Below are positions 19,346 through 28,269 of a DNA stretch of 64,000 nt, in pieces. Origin of the DNA: Candidatus Iainarchaeum sp. (GTDB taxonomy: Archaea > Iainarchaeota > Iainarchaeia > Iainarchaeales > UBA10219); assembly GCA_018304425.1 (NCBI GenBank), contig JAGVWE010000007.1, positions 25,804 to 89,803 of the forward strand, written 5' to 3'. The position numbers and the translations under genes were made by a program. Each line of letters starts with the position of its first letter. Position 1 is the first letter of the stretch. The notes under the pieces were generated by a model, which saw only the letters and a list, made by a program, of their open reading frames with translations, had not been told where the DNA came from and did not search any database.

Positions 19346-19919
19346 GCAGCGCCTCCCGCAATTTTTTGGCCCAGCCCCTCGCCTTTTTCGCGTGAAGCAA
19401 AAGCCTGTCCCTGTTGATTTTCCGCTTGTTGTTTTTTATGATGTCCACGGCCTCGGCCAAAGACATTTTCCTGGTCGCCAAGGCGTCCACGATTGCTTTT
19501 TCTTTCTCGGCCAAGAAGATTTCCCGGCCCTGGTAGGTCGTCCGCTGGAAGCCGGTGAAGGCGGTTTCCTTGATTTTGATGAATTCAATCCGGGCGTTCC
19601 CATAGGAAACGATTTTTTTCTTCCTCTTCCGGGTCGTGATTACATGGATGGTGAACGGCAGTTGCTCCGTCAATTTATGGTAGTTTAACGCCGCCCAGCA
19701 CGAGATATAACTTGGCCAGACGATCCATGACGCCACGAGGAATGAATCCGTTTCCAGCGTGTACTTGCCCTTCTCGATTTCGTGGAGGACGCCCGCCTTT
19801 TTCAGCCGGTGTGCGACGAGGTACGCGTAATCAATGCCTTTATGGAGCGTGTCGGCGAGGTCCCTGGCCGTAAAAACCGGGTACGGCTTTAATGCCTCCA
19901 GCTCCTTCTTTTTTATCAT
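19332..19919 (-). CDS. AbiEi-family antitoxin / transcriptional regulator
   Basis: EKGKY, PSYISCWAALNYHKLTEQLP, AEKEKAIVD. Confidence 0.88.
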   Translation of the reverse strand: MIKKKELEALKPYPVFTARDLADTLHKGIDYAYLVAHRLKKAGVLHEIEKGKYTLETDSFLVASWIVWPSYISCWAALNYHKLTEQLPFTIHVITTRKRKKKIVSYGNARIEFIKIKETAFTGFQRTTYQGREIFLAEKEKAIVDALATRKMSLAEAVDIIKNNKRKINRDRLLLHAKKARGWAKKLREALHAQA

Positions 19920-19947
19920 TCCACCAACCTTATCAAAACTGATATGA

Positions 19948-20523
19948 TTAGCCGCCCAACAATTTATAAGGCTTTTCGCTGGTGTTGCCGCCTAATCCCT
20001 GCAAACGCCATGGCCGCCAGGATAACGGCCAGCGCCATCGTGAGTTCGTCGTATTCGGGGATGACGTTGAGCGTGTTGTGGCTGCCGAAGGCGCTGGTCG
20101 TGGTTGGACGGGAAAACCGCTCGTTTCCCATATCGTCAGTAAAACATTTGGCGGTGAAATATGACAGTCGAATATTCTCTTGGCGTTCCTGGTCAACAGG
20201 ATTTCACGGGCTTGAAGGGCAATGGCCGCAATCATGCAGTCTTGTGGTTCGATGGGTTGGCCGCTTTGCCAGAGCCCTTGCTGGATTTCGCCTGCCTCAT
20301 TCGCGGCTTGGGCATCCAATGGCAGGGCGGGCAGCGAGGAAAAAAGTTCTTGGACGCGTTGTTTTTCTTCTTTTCGGGCACGGTGCAGGCTTTGAACTAC
20401 TTCGAACACCGTGACGGCCGTCGTCAGCAACGGTTCGCCTTTCTTCTTCAATTCCTCGGCTTTGGTGACCGCACCCTTTTCCCCCCGAATCAGGTCAATG
20501 ACATAGGTGGTGTCAAGAATCAT
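19948..20523 (-). CDS. vapC: PIN-domain toxin, paralog of 17619-18149, C-terminally deleted and read through
   Basis: MILDTTYVID...LLTRNAK; the HFKRVPGL segment is missing. Confidence 0.7.
   Translation of the reverse strand: MILDTTYVIDLIRGEKGAVTKAEELKKKGEPLLTTAVTVFEVVQSLHRARKEEKQRVQELFSSLPALPLDAQAANEAGEIQQGLWQSGQPIEPQDCMIAAIALQAREILLTRNAKRIFDCHISPPNVLLTIWETSGFPVQPRPAPSAATTRSTSSPNTTNSRWRWPLSWRPWRLQGLGGNTSEKPYKLLGG
19964..20131 (-). repeat. Orphan PEF-CTERM-like tail, copy 3 (possible 55-aa ORF)
   Basis: Translates ...TTTSAFGSHNTLNVIPEYDELTMALAVILAAMAFAGIRRQHQRKAL-stop. Confidence 0.85.
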
Positions 20524-20756
20524 TGTTGGAGGCCTTCCATTAGGGCGCGACTGCGTGCCAGGCCGGCAGCCCTTGACGCTTGCACGGCCTTTTCCATGGT
20601 GGCCGCGGTTTTCTTGGACAAGATGCCCGCGAATTTCGTCAAATCCGTTTTGTTGGTGAGCCTGCAAATGACTTGGCTGAAGCTTTCCCGTTCCATTTTA
20701 CTAGAAGCCAGGCGCTTGTAGGCGTCCACCGTAATCGAAATGGTTTTCGTCGCCAA
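20520..20756 (-). CDS. vapB: VapB-type antitoxin, paralog of 18146-18382
   Basis: Near-identical protein sequence. Confidence 0.87.
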   Translation of the reverse strand: MATKTISITVDAYKRLASSKMERESFSQVICRLTNKTDLTKFAGILSKKTAATMEKAVQASRAAGLARSRALMEGLQQ

Positions 20757-20847
20757 AGCTATCACCTACACATACATACACATACGTGTATTTAAGGATT
20801 TGGTTGAAACCGCCTTCTCTGCCCAGTCTGCCCGGTTTGCCCAGGCC

Positions 20848-21066
20848 TCACCGGTCTTTCCCGCGTTCCCTGCGCCGGATGTGCGCGAACGCCATCGCCA
20901 CCAGGGCCACGGCTAGCAGCAGGGTTAGGTCATCGTACTCGGGGATGACGTTGAGGGTGTTGGGGCTGCAGGCGCTCGTCGTGGTGTAGAGGTCGTCGGC
21001 CACCACGCGGATGTAATAGTCGCCGCTGGTGATGTCGCAGTTCCAGGCGTACACGCAGTTGATGTC
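20848..21066 (-). repeat. Orphan C-terminal fragment of the surface protein, copy 2
   Basis: DINCVYAWNCDITSGDYYIRVVADD...ACSPNTLNVIPEYDDL-TM-RRR aligns with the end of the 1270-aa ORF. Confidence 0.9.
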
Positions 21067-21092
21067 TTGAGGTCGCAGACGGGTGGAGACCA

Positions 21093-22469
21093 TCAGCCGA
21101 ATGTTTCTTCAAGATCCTTCAAGTCATAGAGGTCGGCGTTTTTTTCGTCGATCTTTTTTTCCTTGAATGATTTCGCGAATAGGCAATACCGTTCCGTTCT
21201 GTGCTCTTTGAACCAGCTTACTTTTTCCGCTTTTTGTTTGAGTTTTCGCAGCAGGCTCTCGGCATCGACTTTTTCTTTCCACTTGCATTCGCAGAAGAGT
21301 GCGCTTTTTTTTGCCTTGCTAAGGCCCACGATGTCTATTTCTTCGCCTTTATCCCACCAGCTGCCGATGAGGTAGTCCTTGAAGGCGGCATTTTTGGACA
21401 GCCGGTCTCGGCACACCTCTTCGAACCCTTTGCCGATGAAGGCGTTCAGTTCGGGCTCTATTTTCTCGTTTAAGAGGTTTTTCTGCTTGCGTTGTTCTAC
21501 GTAATCCATGTTTTCAAACACGAAGCGGAACCAGAAGCGGAAGAAAGGGTCTTTCAGTTTGTAGATGCCTTTCCTCGATTTTTCCTTTCGCTCAGTAATG
21601 GGCACGGCACGCTCGACGAGGTCAAGGTCAATCAATACGCCAAGGTATTTGTTTACGGTGCCTTTTTCCAGGCCCGTGTCGTTGACGATGCGCCCGATGC
21701 CGGTGTTGCCCTTTGCGATGGCGGCCACGATGGAAAAATAGTTTCTCGGCTCGTCCAGTTCCTCCCGCAGCACGAACATCGGGTCCCGGAACAGGAAGGA
21801 CTGCTTTTCCAGGATTTTTTCCCCGATATTGGAAACCAGCGTTTTCGTGTAATCAAATTCAAGCAGGTAGGCAGGGGTGCCACCGAGCACCGCGTAGTAA
21901 CTGATTTGTTTTTTGATGTCCATCGTTTTCGGGAAGAAATGGCGGGCTTCGCTGAAATCAAGGGGGTCAAGCTTCATTTGATGTGTTCGCCTCCCGTAGA
22001 GGGGACTCTTATAGCCGAGGAGTTTTTCCATCATGGAGACGCTGGAGCCGCATAAGACGAAGAGGCAGGGCATGTGTTGGAGTGCCTTATCCCAGTGGTC
22101 TTGCAGAATGGAGGGCAGCGAGGGGTTAGCTTGTACGAAGTAAGGGAACTCGTCCAGGAATACGGCGAACGGTTTTTGCTTCAGTTTTTCGGCGAAGTAG
22201 GAGAAAACGGAGTCGAAGTTGCCAAAGGGCCTTGAATTCAGTTGTTCATCGTTGAAAAACTCGGCGCAGGCCCTGCTGATATGCTCCAATTGCTTGTGTT
22301 CGGATTCCTGCCGGCCCAGCAGGTAAACAGCGGGATGATTTTTTGTGAATTCCCTTAGTAACTCGGTTTTGCCGATTCTACGTCTGCCGTATACTACGGC
22401 TAGCACTGGCTTTTTTGCCGACCAAAGCGTTTCAAGCAACTGTAGTTCCTTCACCCGGTTGTAAAACAT
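21093..22469 (-). CDS. Archaeal AAA+ ATPase with wHTH and C-terminal PD-(D/E)XK-like (DUF234-type) domain
   Basis: YGRRRIGKT, LDEFPY, SPLYGRRT, EIDIV...ECKW. Confidence 0.9.
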   Translation of the reverse strand: MFYNRVKELQLLETLWSAKKPVLAVVYGRRRIGKTELLREFTKNHPAVYLLGRQESEHKQLEHISRACAEFFNDEQLNSRPFGNFDSVFSYFAEKLKQKPFAVFLDEFPYFVQANPSLPSILQDHWDKALQHMPCLFVLCGSSVSMMEKLLGYKSPLYGRRTHQMKLDPLDFSEARHFFPKTMDIKKQISYYAVLGGTPAYLLEFDYTKTLVSNIGEKILEKQSFLFRDPMFVLREELDEPRNYFSIVAAIAKGNTGIGRIVNDTGLEKGTVNKYLGVLIDLDLVERAVPITERKEKSRKGIYKLKDPFFRFWFRFVFENMDYVEQRKQKNLLNEKIEPELNAFIGKGFEEVCRDRLSKNAAFKDYLIGSWWDKGEEIDIVGLSKAKKSALFCECKWKEKVDAESLLRKLKQKAEKVSWFKEHRTERYCLFAKSFKEKKIDEKNADLYDLKDLEETFG

Positions 22470-22512
22470 AGTAAACTCTAAAGTATACTACTTATGAGAA
22501 TACTATTTAAAC

Positions 22513-25500
22513 CTATGGTTTGGCCGCCCGTCGCACGCGCAGGAAGATGCCTGCCGCGATCAGGGCCGCGAGCGCCATCGTGATTTCGTCGTACTCGGGG
22601 ATGACGTTGAGGGTGTTGGGGCTGCAGGCGTTGGTTTTGGTGAACCCGTCGTCGGCTTCGACGCGGAGGTAGTAGTTGCCTATCGTTACGTCGCAGGTCC
22701 AGGAATAGAGGCAGCTGGTGTCATCCGGGTTGCAGGCCGCCGTGGTCTGGCTGATGTTGCCGATGATGAGGTTGGTGTTGTTGGCGCAGGTGCTGGCGTC
22801 CGTGCCGTAATAAATGCTGAAGTTGACGTCGTCGAGGTCGGCATCGTCGGCTGTCCATGTAATGTCGTAGGGGGTTGGAACGGTGCAGCTCTGCCCGCTG
22901 CCCGTGGGCGCCACGCTGCTCACGGCCGGCGCATCGTTGGCGCTGATGAGGACGCTGCCGGACTGCTGCTTGATTTGCTTCTTGTTGAGGACACTGTTCC
23001 AGATGAAGACTGAGTCTAAGTCTATATGTGCAAAACCAAGATTATCTAATCTTTGCCCAAATATGATTTTTTGGTCTTCATCACTCATCGTGGTATTACC
23101 CGAACTGGCCCTAAGAACGCCATTAACATACAATCTTCCGCCAACAGTAGTATTCGCCGTCCCTGCGACATGTATCCAGGTATTTTGAGGGAGTGTATCT
23201 ACTGCAGTCAACAAGTTAGCGGTGCCCGACGCACCATATACTAAAACAATATCCTGAGGGAAAGCATCAGCAGCGGTTCTAAAATCGAAAGGTGCAGGAA
23301 AGTTATTATTCGTTGATCCATTTTTTTCGACCATGGGATTATATACTGCAGATTGTGCTCTTACCCAATATGCTACAGTAAATGCCGTGCTAAGACTAGA
23401 AGTCAAATCTGCAATCTCGACTTTGTCATCTACCCCATCAAATTTCAAGTCAGTGTATTCAGCCGGTGTCATAGGGGTGTTCGTGTCCCATCTCGGGCCG
23501 GAAAGCAGTTCCCCATGCTTGTTGCCAGACGTTGCATCCCAGGCCCGGATGGCGTTGCTGTCGTCTTTGTTGAAGTTCCACGCGCTGACCAGCCCGCTTT
23601 CCGTGCCCATTAGTTGTTTGGGCGTGCTGTCTTGTCCAATGTTCTTGGCTTTGTCGTAGACGTTGACGTCGATGAAGTAGTTTTGGTCTGCGAGGCCAGC
23701 GGGGTTCCAGTCGTAGAAGCATAGCACGTTCTGGTCGAAGAAGTAACGGGGTTCGCTGGCGTAACTGGTTCCGCCGGGCGCACTGCAGTTGGCGTCGTTG
23801 GTGGGGTTGCGGGCGAGTTGGGCGAGGTTGACGTCGGCAGCGAATTTGCCTGACGTGTTGAAGTCGGCCGCGTAGAGGCTCGCGTAGAGGCTTGCATAGA
23901 GTTCGTCTTCTTCGCGGAAGTTGCCACTAGCTGGGAGGGGAGCGTAGGAAGTGTCTCTCACCGTGAACTTGACGAGGATGTTGCCGTCCGTTTTCTGGTA
24001 GTGCGAGCCGCCTTCCGGCCAAAGCAGGTTGGCGTCCGGTCCGTTCGTGGTATGCGTGCCACAGTAGTTGTTGCAGCGGTTTATGTAGCCGCTTTCTTGG
24101 TGGATGAAACAGGTGTTGCCGCCCGAGCATTGCCCGGAAGCAGTGCAGGCCGGGTTGCAGCCCCATTGGTTGATGAAGTCCGTGGGCCAGGCGGACGTGA
24201 TGTTGGCGGTGGTGGCCGCAATGTTGAAGTCGATGTCAGCATAGTAGGTGGCTACGCCTAATGTGCCGGTACTGATATTGCAGGGCGCGAACAGGAGGTT
24301 GAAGTCGTACTCGGTGCCGCCCGTGTAGCTGCCGGCACAGGTGATGTTCGCGGTGTTGTCGGGGGCGCTCGAATAGGTGCGTGAACAGCCGGTGGGTAGC
24401 AGGGGCGCGCTGACGAGGGCAAACGTTTTGTAGGGGATGTCGGGGGAGTCAATTAGGGGGTCGTTGCAGGTGTAACCGACTTGTTGGGGCGCCGGTACGA
24501 GGGGCGTGGCATGGTTGCCGCGTATGGGGGTGAGGAGCGATGTCGCATAGTGGGGCTCGATTTTGAAGCCTAGGTTGCCGCTGACATTGGGCATGACTTT
24601 GAGTCTCACGAGGTATTGGTGGGTGTTGGTGTCCGTGGTTGTCAGGTTGAAGGTGAAGTTGGAGTCGGGACTGCAGGCCATGTTGTTGCCGTCTCCGGCG
24701 CGGCCCACGAGGTCGCTGGGGCAGGTGGCGGGCGCGTTGGCGCCGTTGAGGTCAATGCTCGCGTAGAGGACGGCCGCGTTCCAGTCATCAATCCAGTCCA
24801 TGGGGTACATGCGCCACGCGCCTCCCGAGGTCCCGCCGTCGGCTGAAAGGTTGAGGTCTTCGGCCTGGATGTCGGTTGTTCTGGGATGGTTTGCCCAGCG
24901 GCAGGGTTTGACGGTGATTCTTCCAGCGTACGGGGTGCCGCCGGCCAAAGTAGTAGTGGCGTTGCCGTCGTCTCCAACGTAATTGGTGTCGGTGAGCGTC
25001 CAGTGGGGGTTGCGGAGGCCGGCCGTGTTGCCCGTGGTTCCAAACCAGCCGTTGGGGCTGAGGGGGCTGTCAATGAAGTCAACGATTTCCCAGCGGGGAA
25101 GGTTGAGGTCGATGGGCTCCCACAGTGCCCCCCCGAGTATGGGGTCTGAGAAGCATTTGTTGCCCGCGAAGGCGGTGGAATTGTTTGGTACGTAGCTAAT
25201 GGGTTTGCCTTGTCTTACGCCTGCGTCCACGTTGTGGTCGCCGTACGGCGAATCCCATTTTCCGACGGCGCCCGCCGAATAGCGCAAGCCAAAGTTGTTG
25301 TCGATGCTGCGGTGGATGTTGCTCATGATGTTGTAGTCGATGACGTAATTGGTGTCCAGGATGAAGGCCGTGTCGGGCGTGCAGTAGGGGAGTTCCCCGT
25401 TGGTGTCGATTTCGCCGTTATTGGCGTTTCCGGCGTACACCATGCCTCCCATGCTGGTGTGGCTGACGAGGGAGCGGGTGCCGTTCTCGACTTTGACGCA

Positions 25501-26325
25501 GTTGATGTTGTTGCCGGTCAATTCGAGTCCATGGTAGATGGCGTTCACGTTCCAGTCATCGATGAAGTCCAGGGTGTAGGGTTGGGCACCGCAGTTGCCG
25601 AGGTTGCTCTGGTCGTAAAAACGCACGTCCAGGCGCTGGGGGTGGTTCACGAACCGGCATGGAATGGCGGTAGTCCATTTCCCCGCGCATCCGATGATTC
25701 CCCCGGGGCACATCGGGGGCGGGGTGCCACAGGCTGTGCAAGTATTCGGGTTGGGGCAAATCAGTCGTTCGGCGAGGTAGCTGGTGGTGGGGGTCGTGGA
25801 GGTGCAACCGCATCCTTGTCCGGGGGGAACGCAGGCACCGAACGCGGTCTTGGCGCCGCCGATGCAGGCGCCGCCTCCGAGGTTAGCCGTCGTGTTGACC
25901 GCCCATCGGGGCCCGACTCCGGACTTGTTCTCGTCGTTGATGCATTGCCAGCCGACTTCATAGGCCAAGGTCTTGCTGGGGCCGTTTCCACAACTCCAGA
26001 TTGCGTTGAAGCTGGGACATGTTTCGATGCTGATGTTCTCGTCGTAGCTGGGATCAAGCCCCAGGGCTTCGGTCATTTCGAGTTCGAAGGCCCCGGCCGC
26101 GCGTTGGGTTAAGGGTCCAAGGCCTTGGTCTAGGCCGGGGGCATAGGCGTCGATGGGAGTGCAGGAGTCAACTCCTCCCGCCGTCGTCGCACACGGGGTT
26201 CCGGCGCCTCCCGAGTTCGGGCCGCCCCAAGTCAATTCCATGGCGTGTCCGGTGAGGATGGCGGATAGGGCCAGGGCGAGCGCCACCAGCGTCCATCCGG
26301 TCGGCCATCGGATCTGTTTACCCAT
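22513..26325 (-). CDS. Large Cys/Thr/Asn-rich cell-surface protein with LamG-like domain and PEF-CTERM-like sorting signal
   Basis: Signal peptide; LKFDGVDD...WIHVAGT...LYVNG LamG pattern; VIPEY-TM-RVRR tail. Confidence 0.88.
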   Translation of the reverse strand: MGKQIRWPTGWTLVALALALSAILTGHAMELTWGGPNSGGAGTPCATTAGGVDSCTPIDAYAPGLDQGLGPLTQRAAGAFELEMTEALGLDPSYDENISIETCPSFNAIWSCGNGPSKTLAYEVGWQCINDENKSGVGPRWAVNTTANLGGGACIGGAKTAFGACVPPGQGCGCTSTTPTTSYLAERLICPNPNTCTACGTPPPMCPGGIIGCAGKWTTAIPCRFVNHPQRLDVRFYDQSNLGNCGAQPYTLDFIDDWNVNAIYHGLELTGNNINCVKVENGTRSLVSHTSMGGMVYAGNANNGEIDTNGELPYCTPDTAFILDTNYVIDYNIMSNIHRSIDNNFGLRYSAGAVGKWDSPYGDHNVDAGVRQGKPISYVPNNSTAFAGNKCFSDPILGGALWEPIDLNLPRWEIVDFIDSPLSPNGWFGTTGNTAGLRNPHWTLTDTNYVGDDGNATTTLAGGTPYAGRITVKPCRWANHPRTTDIQAEDLNLSADGGTSGGAWRMYPMDWIDDWNAAVLYASIDLNGANAPATCPSDLVGRAGDGNNMACSPDSNFTFNLTTTDTNTHQYLVRLKVMPNVSGNLGFKIEPHYATSLLTPIRGNHATPLVPAPQQVGYTCNDPLIDSPDIPYKTFALVSAPLLPTGCSRTYSSAPDNTANITCAGSYTGGTEYDFNLLFAPCNISTGTLGVATYYADIDFNIAATTANITSAWPTDFINQWGCNPACTASGQCSGGNTCFIHQESGYINRCNNYCGTHTTNGPDANLLWPEGGSHYQKTDGNILVKFTVRDTSYAPLPASGNFREEDELYASLYASLYAADFNTSGKFAADVNLAQLARNPTNDANCSAPGGTSYASEPRYFFDQNVLCFYDWNPAGLADQNYFIDVNVYDKAKNIGQDSTPKQLMGTESGLVSAWNFNKDDSNAIRAWDATSGNKHGELLSGPRWDTNTPMTPAEYTDLKFDGVDDKVEIADLTSSLSTAFTVAYWVRAQSAVYNPMVEKNGSTNNNFPAPFDFRTAADAFPQDIVLVYGASGTANLLTAVDTLPQNTWIHVAGTANTTVGGRLYVNGVLRASSGNTTMSDEDQKIIFGQRLDNLGFAHIDLDSVFIWNSVLNKKQIKQQSGSVLISANDAPAVSSVAPTGSGQSCTVPTPYDITWTADDADLDDVNFSIYYGTDASTCANNTNLIIGNISQTTAACNPDDTSCLYSWTCDVTIGNYYLRVEADDGFTKTNACSPNTLNVIPEYDEITMALAALIAAGIFLRVRRAAKP

Positions 26326-26433
26326 CCATTCCCCTCAATTCAACCCCTATACTAATAGTGTTTGTCTAATATAATACGGATAGGATTAAATTGTTTGCCT
26401 TTAAAAGCATTTCCGGCACCCAATGGTTTCAGG

Positions 26434-26506
26434 GGGCGTGTAGTCTAGTCTGGTAGGATACCAGCTTTGGGAGCTGGCGACCTCGGTTCAAATCCGGGCA
26501 CGCCCA
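26434..26506 (+). tRNA. tRNA-Pro(TGG), intron-less
   Basis: Full cloverleaf; CCAGC-TTTGGGA-GCTGG; upstream TTTAAAA box. Confidence 0.96.
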
Positions 26507-26615
26507 TCCTTTTAAAGCCGCTTTTTTTCTTGGCTGGGCTGGGGGAGCCGCTTCTAGTGCCAAGCCTGCTTTGTCTATCAGGGCAGGGCCTGCACGAAGA
26601 TTATTATGCCTGGTG

Positions 26616-27821
26616 TTAAAACCGGATGGCGGGTTCTTTTTCCGTGAGCCATTCTTGGAGGTTCTTGTTTTCTATTTCGATGTTTTCTTCGGTGCTTTTG
26701 CTTGTCTTTCCGGGGTAGAGGATGGTTGCTTTCAGGGCCTTGTTTTTTTTGCAGAATTCCATCAGGCCTTCCTTTTCCCTTTTTGGCAGGTTTTCGGAGT
26801 AACAAACGTTTATCGGCAACAGGCTCGTTTTTTTCTTTGCGACGAAATCGACTTCCCCGGCGTTTTTCCAGTAATAGGCCTCGAATCCCCGGTGCTTGAG
26901 TTCGATTGCAACTGCTGCCTCGGCAAGCCTGCCCCTGTCTTCGGTGAATGACTTTGAAGCGTATTGCTGCATTCCCAAGTCAAAGGCAAAGACCTTTCTG
27001 GGCTTTGAAAGGGATTCCTTTAGGGAGAACGAAAAGAACGGGACCTGGAAAACCAGGAAGGAGGCTTCCAGGTAACCCAGGAACTGTCTTATCGTGTCGT
27101 ACGACAAGCCAAGGGCGACCCGCATTTTTTTCAGGCTTACTTGTTTTCCGGAGTTCGTCAACAGGTAAAACGCAAGGTTTCGTAAAGCCGCAGGGTCTCT
27201 CACGTCATGCCGCGTAATTATGTCTTTAATCAAGGCGAGTTCGAAATAGGACTCCAACAATTTTTCTTTTTTTTCGGGGTGCAAGGCGACTTCAGGGTAG
27301 CCCCCAATCTTGAGGTAGGCGTTAAGGCCTTTCTTGGTTACGCGCTGAAACTCGCTGAAAGAAAAAGGCAGTACTTGAAAACCAATCCCCCTTCCACCCA
27401 AAGAAGTCGCAAACTCGCTGCTCAAGAGCTTTGCGGAAGAACCCGTGACTATTACCTGGCACTGCCGTGTGTCGACGGCCCTTCGGACCCATTTCTCCCA
27501 TCCCTCGACTAATTGCACTTCATCGAAGACAAGGGTGTCTTTCGCCTTCAAGCCGTCTGCAAAAGCGTCCAGTAAATCGGTGTTCAACGAGCCCACAAGC
27601 TTCGGGTCTTCCAGGTTGACGTACCGTGTCAACGTGTTCTCCGGCATTTTTTTCAGAAGCCTTCGGGCGACAACGGATTTCCCTGAACGCCTGGGGCCAT
27701 ACAAGAAAACGACGTTGCGACTGCCCACGAAGGGCAGTATGTCATCTTCAACGTCTCTTTTGAAGGTAGTCTCTTTGACGGCCCATTTTTCCAGAAGCTC
27801 GCCTAATTCCCTTGAAAGCAT
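26616..27821 (-). CDS. AAA_14/DUF4143-type ATPase
   Basis: GPRRSGKS, FDEVQ, TGSS, GGYPE, EVDFV. Confidence 0.9.
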   Translation of the reverse strand: MLSRELGELLEKWAVKETTFKRDVEDDILPFVGSRNVVFLYGPRRSGKSVVARRLLKKMPENTLTRYVNLEDPKLVGSLNTDLLDAFADGLKAKDTLVFDEVQLVEGWEKWVRRAVDTRQCQVIVTGSSAKLLSSEFATSLGGRGIGFQVLPFSFSEFQRVTKKGLNAYLKIGGYPEVALHPEKKEKLLESYFELALIKDIITRHDVRDPAALRNLAFYLLTNSGKQVSLKKMRVALGLSYDTIRQFLGYLEASFLVFQVPFFSFSLKESLSKPRKVFAFDLGMQQYASKSFTEDRGRLAEAAVAIELKHRGFEAYYWKNAGEVDFVAKKKTSLLPINVCYSENLPKREKEGLMEFCKKNKALKATILYPGKTSKSTEENIEIENKNLQEWLTEKEPAIRF

Positions 27822-27850
27822 GAAAAACCGGTGCGCAAACGAATATATAA

Positions 27851-27874
27851 AGGGTTACGTTACAACGTAACCCT
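27851..27874. promoter_or_regulatory. Perfect 11-bp inverted repeat between TATA-like boxes upstream of the ATPase; putative operator
   Basis: AGGGTTACGTT-AC-AACGTAACCCT. Confidence 0.6.
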
Positions 27875-27938
27875 ATATAAAGGCTCAAAAAACGCTGTTG
27901 GCGGGTTTAAACCCCCAAACAGGATGTAAGCCGGGCCA

Positions 27939-28107
27939 GGCCTATGCAACGCATAGGCCGTTTCCCCGAAGACTTTGTCTTCGGGGCCTCGTCTCCCAAC
28001 AGGGAGACAAGGTCGCAGGCCTTTTGTAAAAAGGCGTGCGAGGCGAAGCCGAGCCAGTTCCATGCCGTGCATGGAACCTTTTCGCAGGCCTTTTGTAAAA
28101 AGGCCTT
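27939..28107 (+). repeat. Cluster of about 7 consecutive hairpins (REP-like element or structured leader)
   Basis: GGCCTATGC/GCATAGGCC, CCCCGAAGAC/GTCTTCGGGG, GTCTCCC/GGGAGAC, GTTCCATGC/GCATGGAAC, and two copies of TCGCAGGCCTTTTGTAAAAAGGC. Confidence 0.75.
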
Positions 28108-28230
28108 GGGCGTGTAGTCTAGTCTGGTAGGATACCAGCTTTGGGAAAGCCTTTTTTGCTTGCGCAAAAAACCCTTGGGAAAAGGGCTTCCAGCGTGCTG
28201 GCGACCTCGGTTCAAATCCGGGCACGCCCA
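28108..28230 (+). tRNA. tRNA-Pro(TGG), second copy, with 50-nt intron (28146-28195)
   Basis: Exons identical to 26434-26506 except nt 38; BHB geometry at 37/38 with one mismatch. Confidence 0.85.
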
Positions 28231-28269
28231 TCATAGTATAGTTCCAATCAGCTTGTCCTTGTGGGTAGC

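Noticed and set aside
17566-22760. Shufflon (inversion) interpretation of the alternative C-terminal tails
   Set aside because: All copies are in direct orientation and no invertase is present; deletion or insertion fits better than inversion.
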